A DNA stretch of 64,000 nucleotides from Gammaproteobacteria bacterium (GTDB lineage: Bacteria; Pseudomonadota; Gammaproteobacteria; Eutrophobiales; Eutrophobiaceae): assembly GCA_963422205.2 (NCBI GenBank), contig CAXMWX010000001.1:512001-576000 (forward strand). The letters are read 5' to 3'. The position numbers were made by a program, and so were the translations under genes. Of the stretch, positions 39,678-51,953 are shown piece by piece. Below the pieces are notes generated by a model. It saw nothing but the letters and a program-made list of their open reading frames with translations, had not been told where the DNA came from and did no database searches. Within the stretch, counting starts at the first letter, position 1. Each line of letters begins with the position of its first letter.

Positions 39678-42600
39678 ATCCTGATGAGGCCGAAGCGTCA
39701 TGCTTCGGAATACTTATTATCTATATGGCAGGGGTGGGTTATTCGTGTAGCTTCAATGAGGCCGAAGCGTAATGCTTCGGAATACACTTGGCGAGCTAAC
39801 TTCTCTGTTGGATCAATGGCTAGCTTCAATGAGGCCGAAGCGTAATGCTTCGGAATACAAATAGGAGATGATTATGTCGATGAATAACAATGGTGCTTCA
39901 ATGAGGCCGAAGCGTAATGCTTCGGAATACCTGCGCTCAATCGCGGCAAGCATCTTGCGAAAACCCAGCTTCAATGAGGCCGAAGCGTAATGCTTCGGAA
40001 TACGTAAGGTTGTACAAGCGATCAACAGTGGTGTTGCAATGCTTCAATGAGGCCGAAGCGTAATGCTTCGGAATACGTAAGGTTGTACAAGCGATCAACA
40101 GTGGTGTTGCAATGCTTCAATGAGGCCGAAGCGTAATGCTTCGGAATACTTCAAAAAAGTGTGGCTACCACAAGAGGGTGGGCAAAGCTTCAATGAGGCC
40201 GAAGCGTAATGCTTCGGAATACAGCATAAGTCATACCTAGAACCTCACTTCGATGCTCCGCTTCAATGAGGCCGAAGCGTAATGCTTCGGAATACGTTCA
40301 AGGCCTGGTCTAGCGGACGTATGCGGGTATTGCTTCAATGAGGCCGAAGCGTAATGCTTCGGAATACATAGCTAGTTATTCCGTGCCGATGCCTGCGCTA
40401 ATGCTTCAATGAGGCCGAAGCGTAATGCTTCGGAATACCAGTGAACGCCCGCATCCATGCGGGCTTGGATACGTCCTTCAATGAGGCCGAAGCGTAATGC
40501 TTCGGAATACAAACTCGAACGCGGAACCGAAACTGTAGGAACCTTCGCCTTCAATGAGGCCGAAGCGTAATGCTTCGGAATACAAAAAAGTCTATAGCTT
40601 TCGAAGTAGCCTCTGTAGCACCTTCAATGAGGCCGAAGCGTAATGCTTCGGAATACTCCAGTAACACGGATCAGATACCAGAAAATAAATTATCCCTTCA
40701 ATGAGGCCGAAGCGTAATGCTTCGGAATACAGGGCATGGTGTTTTTAACTCGCGCAGGCTTCGACGCCCTTCAATGAGGCCGAAGCGTAATGCTTCGGAA
40801 TACCATGTCTTCACCTTGTTCATTGTCATAGCCCCCCGTCCTTCAATGAGGCCGAAGCGTAATGCTTCGGAATACGCAGGCCAGTGGCCAGCACATCAAC
40901 CCCGGCATGGTACCTTCAATGAGGCCGAAGCGTAATGCTTCGGAATACAGCGATGCGAGTGGCTGAAATCCTAGAGATCGACCCAGCCTTCAATGAGGCC
41001 GAAGCGTAATGCTTCGGAATACACAATTTACCTTCGCGAGCCTTCTCGGTCTTAATCTCCTTCAATGAGGCCGAAGCGTAATGCTTCGGAATACATGCTT
41101 AACGAAATGCTTAACGCTGGTCACTGGCACTTCCTTCAATGAGGCCGAAGCGTAATGCTTCGGAATACGCTACGGCGCCCGGAATAACCGGCCACCACGA
41201 CGAAACCTTCAATGAGGCCGAAGCGTAATGCTTCGGAATACCAGACGATGTAGCACGTGTGCAGCGAGGATTAGATCCTTCAATGAGGCCGAAGCGTAAT
41301 GCTTCGGAATACGCGTTATATCTTGATCTCTTAGCGCTCGAATATCCAGCCTTCAATGAGGCCGAAGCGTAATGCTTCGGAATACCCGGTGATCATAATG
41401 GGGGTTGATTTCGGCAAGGTCTCCCTTCAATGAGGCCGAAGCGTAATGCTTCGGAATACTTTTCGTTTGCGTTATCTTTTGCCGCCGCCCCCCAACCTTC
41501 AATGAGGCCGAAGCGTAATGCTTCGGAATACATAACCGGCCACCACGACGAAAAAATTCGTCCCGCTCCTTCAATGAGGCCGAAGCGTAATGCTTCGGAA
41601 TACCTTAGTCGGTTTTACCTCGCTTGCCCCCGCCGTTGCGCCTTCAATGAGGCCGAAGCGTAATGCTTCGGAATACTTGCTGAACCAGACGATAAAACAA
41701 AATTATCACGGGCCTTCAATGAGGCCGAAGCGTAATGCTTCGGAATACCACGATCGCTACGTGTCAGCGTAGGCACCGTACGCAGCCTTCAATGAGGCCG
41801 AAGCGTAATGCTTCGGAATACAAACGTGCAGGGTTAAAACCGGTGTTGCTGACAGTGCCTTCAATGAGGCCGAAGCGTAATGCTTCGGAATACTTTGTTT
41901 AGTGTGGTTTTTAATTTTTTCAGAGGCTTACCTTCAATGAGGCCGAAGCGTAATGCTTCGGAATACTCCAGCACCTTCTCGATCATCGCCAAAGCCCGTG
42001 TCCCTTCAATGAGGCCGAAGCGTAATGCTTCGGAATACACTACGGCGAAATTAAATTGTTAGCTGGCTACACAGCCTTCAATGAGGCCGAAGCGTAATGC
42101 TTCGGAATACACTACGGCGAAATTAAATTGTTAGCTGGCTACACAGCCTTCAATGAGGCCGAAGCGTAATGCTTCGGAATACAGTTAGTTTTGATTTTTT
42201 TAGTCGCTTAAACTCGATCCTTCAATGAGGCCGAAGCGTAATGCTTCGGAATACCCAGGAGTAGATGGTAGAGGCTTGTTCTTGATCGCCACCCTTCAAT
42301 GAGGCCGAAGCGTAATGCTTCGGAATACAGCAGATTCTAAGATGGTCTGGTTAGCAAGACGTATGGCCTTCAATGAGGCCGAAGCGTAATGCTTCGGAAT
42401 ACCTGATGGATGTTGATCTGGTCGAGGCCGCCGCCAAGCCTTCAATGAGGCCGAAGCGTAATGCTTCGGAATACGCTATATACAAGTTGCAACAACCGCG
42501 TCAAATCAACGTCCTTCAATGAGGCCGAAGCGTAATGCTTCGGAATACGAGCGGGAGCTGGCCGAGGAAATCGGCAAACGTGTACCTTCAATGAGGCCGA

Positions 42601-45600
42601 AGCGTAATGCTTCGGAATACCGATCAAGTATCTATCGTACGCGTCACGTTAGACGCCCTTCAATGAGGCCGAAGCGTAATGCTTCGGAATACGATGATCC
42701 GAATATCTGCCCAAGGAACCTATTATTATCTTCAATGAGGCCGAAGCGTAATGCTTCGGAATACGTACGCCGGGCGGCGTATGGTTCCGCGACGTCAGAT
42801 TCTTCAATGAGGCCGAAGCGTAATGCTTCGGAATACGCGGCGCTACCCTGGATCAAATAATTCAGCAACTTATCTTCAATGAGGCCGAAGCGTAATGCTT
42901 CGGAATACAACAACCTACTTGTTGCGCCTGATGATTTTACCGTCTCTTCAATGAGGCCGAAGCGTAATGCTTCGGAATACCTGCGACTCGCCCAGCTACA
43001 AGCGCAACAGTGTCTGTCTTCAATGAGGCCGAAGCGTAATGCTTCGGAATACGCAGTCTTTTAATTCGCGTTGCCACTTACGCAGCTATCTTCAATGAGG
43101 CCGAAGCGTAATGCTTCGGAATACAACGCAGTCATACGCAAATTGAAAGTATCACCAGGCATCTTCAATGAGGCCGAAGCGTAATGCTTCGGAATACTAC
43201 CATAGAGGCGATGGGTTATTTTCGTTTTTTCGACTCTTCAATGAGGCCGAAGCGTAATGCTTCGGAATACCTGCGACTCGCCCAGCTACAAGCGCAACAG
43301 TGTCTGTCTTCAATGAGGCCGAAGCGTAATGCTTCGGAATACGCAGTCTTTTAATTCGCGTTGCCACTTACGCAGCTATCTTCAATGAGGCCGAAGCGTA
43401 ATGCTTCGGAATACTAGCAGCATAACCTACTCGCCCACCTGCTCACCTGCTCTTCAATGAGGCCGAAGCGTAATGCTTCGGAATACACCACGATTACCAT
43501 GCAACAACACTTCCGGGTATGGGCTTCAATGAGGCCGAAGCGTAATGCTTCGGAATACGATTTAAAAAGCGGAACCTAGGTCCAAGCATAGGCTAGCTTC
43601 AATGAGGCCGAAGCGTAATGCTTCGGAATACATTTGCCTAGTTATGCTTTTATTTTTCCTCGCGGTAGCTTCAATGAGGCCGAAGCGTAATGCTTCGGAA
43701 TACGAGGACAGGGCGTATATCATGCCATCCGAATTTCATGCTTCAATGAGGCCGAAGCGTAATGCTTCGGAATACAATTATCGTGATTATTAATAATATC
43801 TTGATGGGGGTGCTTCAATGAGGCCGAAGCGTAATGCTTCGGAATACGTCGCAGCAGCCGATCCCCCTAGCATGTTGCCGCGGCTTCAATGAGGCCGAAG
43901 CGTAATGCTTCGGAATACCGGGAACTGTATAGCGAACGTGACGGCGCCTATGAACGCTTCAATGAGGCCGAAGCGTAATGCTTCGGAATACGTACAGAGC
44001 TACTGTTGCTAATTCTGTCGGCGTGTAGCTTCAATGAGGCCGAAGCGTAATGCTTCGGAATACTGTTTTACCCTAGGCCTTACCCTAGGTGACCTCATTT
44101 GCTTCAATGAGGCCGAAGCGTAATGCTTCGGAATACCGTTTTAGCCCTGTTTTACCCTAGGCGCCCTCATTTGCTTCAATGAGGCCGAAGCGTAATGCTT
44201 CGGAATACGACGACATCAAGACGGGCAAGGTATACGCTGATCATGCTTCAATGAGGCCGAAGCGTAATGCTTCGGAATACTGCCCATCATCTAGCGACAC
44301 GACGATCTTGACGCGGGTGCTTCAATGAGGCCGAAGCGTAATGCTTCGGAATACATATTTTTTCGAGTTGCTGATCTAATTATTTTCAGCAGCTTCAATG
44401 AGGCCGAAGCGTAATGCTTCGGAATACCTCATCCTCACGTAGTACCGCCGCAGAATTGTTGCGGCTTCAATGAGGCCGAAGCGTAATGCTTCGGAATACG
44501 GAGAAAAAAATGCCAAGATCAAAAAAACAAATACAGCTTCAATGAGGCCGAAGCGTAATGCTTCGGAATACATCTGCCTAGTTATGCTTTTATTTTTCCT
44601 CGCGGTAGCTTCAATGAGGCCGAAGCGTAATGCTTCGGAATACCGGGAATACCAAGATGCTTCTCGGCCACTTCCAGATCGCTTCAATGAGGCCGAAGCG
44701 TAATGCTTCGGAATACAAACTATCACCAACTGACTAATCACTTAGGTATACGCTTCAATGAGGCCGAAGCGTAATGCTTCGGAATACTTAATCTTCATAA
44801 TTAATGTAGTCCTCCACTAATTGCTTCAATGAGGCCGAAGCGTAATGCTTCGGAATACTTCCGCTGTTGGTAGCGTCCACGATTACTGTATCAAGCTTCA
44901 ATGAGGCCGAAGCGTAATGCTTCGGAATACGTTTTACCCTAGGCCTTACCTTAGGTCACCTTACTGCTTCAATGAGGCCGAAGCGTAATGCTTCGGAATA
45001 CTTCAAGATCACCGTTGCAAGGGCGGGGGGTGCTAATGCTTCAATGAGGCCGAAGCGTAATGCTTCGGAATACATCATTTCCGCCAAAAACAAATGACAA
45101 GCGCCCCTTGCTTCAATGAGGCCGAAGCGTAATGCTTCGGAATACTAAACGGCGCTGATCGTAACGACATCATTGCCGACAGGCTTCAATGAGGCCGAAG
45201 CGTAATGCTTCGGAATACTTAAATCTGCTGCTGATAGATATCTCCACATACCGCCGGCTTCAATGAGGCCGAAGCGTAATGCTTCGGAATACGCGAATAT
45301 CAGCAGCTCGTTAGCGCAGGCATCCGCAAGGCTTCAATGAGGCCGAAGCGTAATGCTTCGGAATACACGCATCCATGCGTGCTTGAATACGTCAAAATAT
45401 GGCTTCAATGAGGCCGAAGCGTAATGCTTCGGAATACAAAGCCGGGAGAGATCCAGACTCAGAAATTGCCTTCGCTTCAATGAGGCCGAAGCGTAATGCT
45501 TCGGAATACTTCACTTTGCGGTCTTATAGCTCGTCAACATTCGACAGCTTCAATGAGGCCGAAGCGTAATGCTTCGGAATACCAAAATTATCTCGGGTAA

Positions 45601-48600
45601 GTCCCGGCGCAGCTTGCAGCTTCAATGAGGCCGAAGCGTAATGCTTCGGAATACGGCGGTAAACCAAGCGCAAAAAGAAGTGACGGTGAACGCTTCAATG
45701 AGGCCGAAGCGTAATGCTTCGGAATACTGCGTCACTTTTCTTCGAATGCCACGTCGTCCTCACAGCTTCAATGAGGCCGAAGCGTAATGCTTCGGAATAC
45801 CAAGCCGGGAATCAACCAAAGGTACATAGAATACGGAGCTTCAATGAGGCCGAAGCGTAATGCTTCGGAATACTTTTTAGTGGTTATGGGAAACGAAAAT
45901 AACATGAATTGCTTCAATGAGGCCGAAGCGTAATGCTTCGGAATACGGGCCCGCTACCAGGGAATAGAATCCCTCCAACAGTAGCTTCAATGAGGCCGAA
46001 GCGTAATGCTTCGGAATACCAACAGGTGTTCCCAACACCACGTCACGATCAATGGCGCTTCAATGAGGCCGAAGCGTAATGCTTCGGAATACAGGTTATC
46101 TAAGCAGACGCCAATAACTATAGACGTAGCTTCAATGAGGCCGAAGCGTAATGCTTCGGAATACGAAGTGATCCAGACTCGGAAATTGCCCGCAAAGTGT
46201 GCTTCAATGAGGCCGAAGCGTAATGCTTCGGAATACCGTGACATAGCGATCGGTATCGTCGAGCGAGAAATGCTTCAATGAGGCCGAAGCGTAATGCTTC
46301 GGAATACCACTACTAGCGGGAGCAACAGCCAAAAAATCGGCACGGCTTCAATGAGGCCGAAGCGTAATGCTTCGGAATACAGGGTCGCCAGCAACGCTGT
46401 CTGTACGCACCAGCCGGCTTCAATGAGGCCGAAGCGTAATGCTTCGGAATACTCCCTAGCTAGTTGCGCCGATGAGCTGTACGCCTTGGCTTCAATGAGG
46501 CCGAAGCGTAATGCTTCGGAATACGCAGTAACACGTGATCGCCCTTCAGGATCATACGCATGCTTCAATGAGGCCGAAGCGTAATGCTTCGGAATACTCC
46601 CTAGCTAGTTGCGCCGATGAGCTGTACGCCTTGGCTTCAATGAGGCCGAAGCGTAATGCTTCGGAATACGCAGTAACACGTGATCGCCCTTCAGGATCAT
46701 ACGCATGCTTCAATGAGGCCGAAGCGTAATGCTTCGGAATACCCCAGATGTCGTAATACATTTCCTTTGCTTTGTCGAGCTTCAATGAGGCCGAAGCGTA
46801 ATGCTTCGGAATACTCTACCTGCAATTGCATTGCCAGGATTCGCATTACCGCTTCAATGAGGCCGAAGCGTAATGCTTCGGAATACGCCCATCATCTAGC
46901 GACACGACGATCCTGATCCGGACGCTTCAATGAGGCCGAAGCGTAATGCTTCGGAATACGGCAGAAGCGAGTAACACTGATGCAATACCAGCAAGGCTTC
47001 AATGAGGCCGAAGCGTAATGCTTCGGAATACCGGATCAGATTGATCGGGCGGGTGGCGTCGACAAAAGGCTTCAATGAGGCCGAAGCGTAATGCTTCGGA
47101 ATACGGCTAGGCCGACTAACCGATCACATAATTCAATCAAGCTTCAATGAGGCCGAAGCGTAATGCTTCGGAATACAGCGGAACCCCGTCCAGCAAAAAA
47201 GAAATACGTCCCCGCTTCAATGAGGCCGAAGCGTAATGCTTCGGAATACCACAACTGCCCCCGGTAGAATGGGAATAACTCAGTGGCTTCAATGAGGCCG
47301 AAGCGTAATGCTTCGGAATACGATGATACCTAGTTGCTTCGCATACAGCGATCCAGCGCTTCAATGAGGCCGAAGCGTAATGCTTCGGAATACGTACAGA
47401 GCTACTGTTGCTAATTCTGTCGGCGCGCAGCTTCAATGAGGCCGAAGCGTAATGCTTCGGAATACTGAGTATACTACTGGTGGAGATGGGAAAACTAAAA
47501 GCTTCAATGAGGCCGAAGCGTAATGCTTCGGAATACTTGGGCGCTTGGGGCTAATGCCGATCCGATACCAGGCTTCAATGAGGCCGAAGCGTAATGCTTC
47601 GGAATACGGCGTTGGGTTTTCGCAAGGCGCTCTTGCGACCCGCGCTTCAATGAGGCCGAAGCGTAATGCTTCGGAATACATCAGATTGATCGGGCGGGCG
47701 GCATCGGCAAAAGTGAGCTTCAATGAGGCCGAAGCGTAATGCTTCGGAATACCGCCGCGGAAAAGGTACATAGATCAATGCCGCTTCGTGCTTCAATGAG
47801 GCCGAAGCGTAATGCTTCGGAATACCGCCACACTAACTGTCTCGCCACGTGACACCCGTGGCTTCAATGAGGCCGAAGCGTAATGCTTCGGAATACGTGA
47901 TGAAGCGGTGCAGATATTAGATCAACTAGGATGCTTCAATGAGGCCGAAGCGTAATGCTTCGGAATACATACGCGTAGACGCCCGGTCGTGTAGTTCCAC
48001 AAAAGCTTCAATGAGGCCGAAGCGTAATGCTTCGGAATACCATTTTTTTCTTGCGGTCTTTCTCGATCACAACAACGCTTCAATGAGGCCGAAGCGTAAT
48101 GCTTCGGAATACTACACTGGCCGCAAGGAACATCGATTGGCATATCGGAGCTTCAATGAGGCCGAAGCGTAATGCTTCGGAATACGCTTAAACTCGATAA
48201 AAAAAATTTCGCCGGAAGACGCTTCAATGAGGCCGAAGCGTAATGCTTCGGAATACGGCCATGTTTGCTTTTTTCCTCGTGGTAGCTAATTAATGCTTCA
48301 ATGAGGCCGAAGCGTAATGCTTCGGAATACGGCCGTGACTGCATACCCATCACCGGATCGAAAGACGCGCTTCAATGAGGCCGAAGCGTAATGCTTCGGA
48401 ATACGACCCTAGATCAAGAAATTGAAAAGATTGAAAACGAGCTTCAATGAGGCCGAAGCGTAATGCTTCGGAATACAAGTTTTCCCTCGCGAGCCTTTTC
48501 GCTCTTTATCTGGCTTCAATGAGGCCGAAGCGTAATGCTTCGGAATACGAAGTTTTCCCTCTCGAGCCTTTTCGCTCCGCACCTGGCTTCAATGAGGCCG

Positions 48601-51450
48601 AAGCGTAATGCTTCGGAATACTCATCATGTATTGTTCTTGTCGTTTCTTTCTGCCTAGCTTCAATGAGGCCGAAGCGTAATGCTTCGGAATACCAAGCCC
48701 TACGTATCTGGTGCTATTACCTTCCATCGTGCTTCAATGAGGCCGAAGCGTAATGCTTCGGAATACTACTGCAAAAAAAATTAAGTGAATCAGGGATCAA
48801 ACGCTTCAATGAGGCCGAAGCGTAATGCTTCGGAATACCAGGGTATTATTGTAACTGGTGTAATTTTTCAAAATCGCTTCAATGAGGCCGAAGCGTAATG
48901 CTTCGGAATACCAGCTACGGGGTCGATCTTTTTTCCGATCTTCGCCGCTTCAATGAGGCCGAAGCGTAATGCTTCGGAATACCCGATGATATTACGGGCC
49001 ACAGTAATAGGGAGTTAGCGCTTCAATGAGGCCGAAGCGTAATGCTTCGGAATACAGAGTGTCGATAATATCTCTGCGATTAGACCAAACCGCTTCAATG
49101 AGGCCGAAGCGTAATGCTTCGGAATACTTTTGTTCTGTGGTTTGGTCGCCGTCTAACTATGTCGCTTCAATGAGGCCGAAGCGTAATGCTTCGGAATACC
49201 TCGCATTTGTTCCTGTCTTAATATTTGCCCGCCAAGCTTCAATGAGGCCGAAGCGTAATGCTTCGGAATACTCGGCATATTCACCAGGTCGCTGGTGGTG
49301 AGGCTCCAGCTTCAATGAGGCCGAAGCGTAATGCTTCGGAATACAAACCAGTTCACTCCAGAGACTCTTGGTCGTAGATCGCTTCAATGAGGCCGAAGCG
49401 TAATGCTTCGGAATACTCCAGTTTTTAGCTGCTCTGCGTTTATGCGACGCAGGCTTCAATGAGGCCGAAGCGTAATGCTTCGGAATACACACCATGCGTT
49501 AGGTGTGGAGGTGCCGGAACTAGCGCTTCAATGAGGCCGAAGCGTAATGCTTCGGAATACAGCTCTCCCGCCTATACCACCCGATGTTGCTGGCGGGGCT
49601 TCAATGAGGCCGAAGCGTAATGCTTCGGAATACCCGCCAAGCGTTCATCGATGACGGTTTCGTAGATCCGGCTTCAATGAGGCCGAAGCGTAATGCTTCG
49701 GAATACACGGCGAGCTGGCGCTGAACGGCAATCCGATTAATGGGCTTCAATGAGGCCGAAGCGTAATGCTTCGGAATACTGCCGGTATCGCATCGCTGTT
49801 ACCACTACGCGCCCAAGCTTCAATGAGGCCGAAGCGTAATGCTTCGGAATACTCCCGCAGACTGATATAGAGTCACCAGTAGAGGCAGAGCGCTTCAATG
49901 AGGCCGAAGCGTAATGCTTCGGAATACGAAAATAATTAGATCAGCAACTCGAAAAAATATAGGTGCTTCAATGAGGCCGAAGCGTAATGCTTCGGAATAC
50001 AAACGTTACGGGAGAGGAAGAAGAAAATGAGTATGAAGCTTCAATGAGGCCGAAGCGTAATGCTTCGGAATACTTCGCTGCCGCCGCAAACACTCGATCA
50101 AACGGGTGATTTGCTTCAATGAGGCCGAAGCGTAATGCTTCGGAATACTGGAGACCCTACAGTTTATTTTGTACGCTATAGCGGGCTTCAATGAGGCCGA
50201 AGCGTAATGCTTCGGAATACCGAATCGTAGTGTAGTGGATATGCTTACCTCGCAGGCTTCAATGAGGCCGAAGCGTAATGCTTCGGAATACCTGACTTTG
50301 GGCGCAACCAACAATTTGAGGTCGACGGTGCTTCAATGAGGCCGAAGCGTAATGCTTCGGAATACAAAAAAACAAATACAGAATTGGGATGAGGAACTAG
50401 CGCTTCAATGAGGCCGAAGCGTAATGCTTCGGAATACCTTCGTAAAACCATGGTTAGAAAAATTTAATGTTCCGCTTCAATGAGGCCGAAGCGTAATGCT
50501 TCGGAATACGCTGCTGAGATAGGGCAAGCGATCAACGGCACGCAAGCTTCAATGAGGCCGAAGCGTAATGCTTCGGAATACTATTCCCCCCGCCCTATAC
50601 TGTGTTTGTCGGATCGAGCTTCAATGAGGCCGAAGCGTAATGCTTCGGAATACCAGTCGGCGATGTTGCTACAGTAGCGACACAAACAAGCTTCAATGAG
50701 GCCGAAGCGTAATGCTTCGGAATACAGGATGATCCAGACCAGGGCGGGGATGGTGATGCTGGCTTCAATGAGGCCGAAGCGTAATGCTTCGGAATACACA
50801 GTGCAGATGAGGTTGTGTATACTATTTTTTCGGGCTTCAATGAGGCCGAAGCGTAATGCTTCGGAATACCCTAGGAGTCAATTCGTAGGGGCGCTGATAG
50901 GCCTCAAGCTTCAATGAGGCCGAAGCGTAATGCTTCGGAATACGCATCGCAGGGCGTTGCCAGGGGTTGCCTTGCTCGAGGCTTCAATGAGGCCGAAGCG
51001 TAATGCTTCGGAATACATCCTCGAGTCTGTAGATTTCAGCAACGGAGTGCTCGCTTCAATGAGGCCGAAGCGTAATGCTTCGGAATACAATTGGAGTAAG
51101 TTTTACTCTTATGTCTCTCGCCAGGCTTCAATGAGGCCGAAGCGTAATGCTTCGGAATACCGGAAGGTAAAACAAACATTCTATCCGGCCACGATCTAGC
51201 TTCAATGAGGCCGAAGCGTAATGCTTCGGAATACAGCGATCGACAACACCGCCTCTTGGGCGCGTAGTGGGCTTCAATGAGGCCGAAGCGTAATGCTTCG
51301 GAATACACAAACCACCGCCGAGAACAGCCGCAGTTCCAGGATGCTTCAATGAGGCCGAAGCGTAATGCTTCGGAATACGCAAGCGATCAACGGCGTGCAA
51401 CAAAAATATTCGTAGCTTCAATGAGGCCGAAGCGTAATGCTTCGGAATAC
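39678..51450 (-). CRISPR. Type I-G CRISPR array, about 163 repeats and 162 spacers (35-39 bp)
   Basis: 36-bp repeat, GTATTCCGAAGCATTACGCTTCGGCCTCATTGAAGC on the minus strand (hairpin CCGAAGC...GCTTCGG, ATTGAAG 3' end). Degenerate trailer repeat at 39678-39713; leader lies next to cas2. Manual count. Confidence 0.99.
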
Positions 51451-51656
51451 AGCCTTGCCGTATCACCTGCTATGGCAGGGTCTAAAAACTCCCAGTGCGA
51501 GCGCTGATCAGCCAAGACCGAAATACGCATCCACAATTTATGTTGTGCATACATAACAACAGCATAACCCCTTGTTTGTTAAAGAGCAACACCAATGCGA
51601 GCGCTCCCCGGTGATAGCATCATCACCGCCGCACTCGCTAACGTCAGGCAAGTTCA
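51451..51656 (-). promoter_or_regulatory. CRISPR leader
   Basis: Between the first repeat and cas2; TGCGAGCGCT twice (51496-51505, 51596-51605), inverted GCACTCGC near 51631, AT-rich IHF-like segment TAACCCCTTGTTTGTTAAAG. Confidence 0.85.
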
Positions 51657-51947
51657 TCATACGATGATCGGTTCCCGAACAACAGCGTTAAATTCCTTGC
51701 CGAGGCTGGTCACTCTCGGCGCCACCGCATCGGCAGGCCCCAGATCCAGTATCAAGATATGATCCTCTCGATGGTGGATCAGCTCATCCAGCATGGCGAT
51801 GAGCTCCGCATGGCGCCTGGCGGACAAACGGCACTGGAAGACAGATAATTGCAACCATTCGCCATAGCCACGCAGCAGCGTGAATATGGCGCGCCCGCGC
51901 CTGGCATCGCCGATGTCGTATGCGATCACATAAAGATGCTCATTCAT
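51657..51947 (-). CDS. cas2: Cas2
   Basis: YVIAYDI, GEWLQLSVF; 96 aa; follows cas1. Confidence 0.96.
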   Translation of the reverse strand: MNEHLYVIAYDIGDARRGRAIFTLLRGYGEWLQLSVFQCRLSARRHAELIAMLDELIHHREDHILILDLGPADAVAPRVTSLGKEFNAVVREPIIV

Positions 51948-51953
51948 GTCGCC

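Noticed and set aside
39714-39749. Oldest spacer shares TATGGCAGGG with the leader
   Set aside because: Only 10 bp, compatible with chance; I found no convincing self-targeting spacer within the window by eye.
39813-51507. Many ORFs with repeated MRPKRNASEY / YSEALRFGLIE peptides
   Set aside because: Translations of CRISPR repeats, not proteins.
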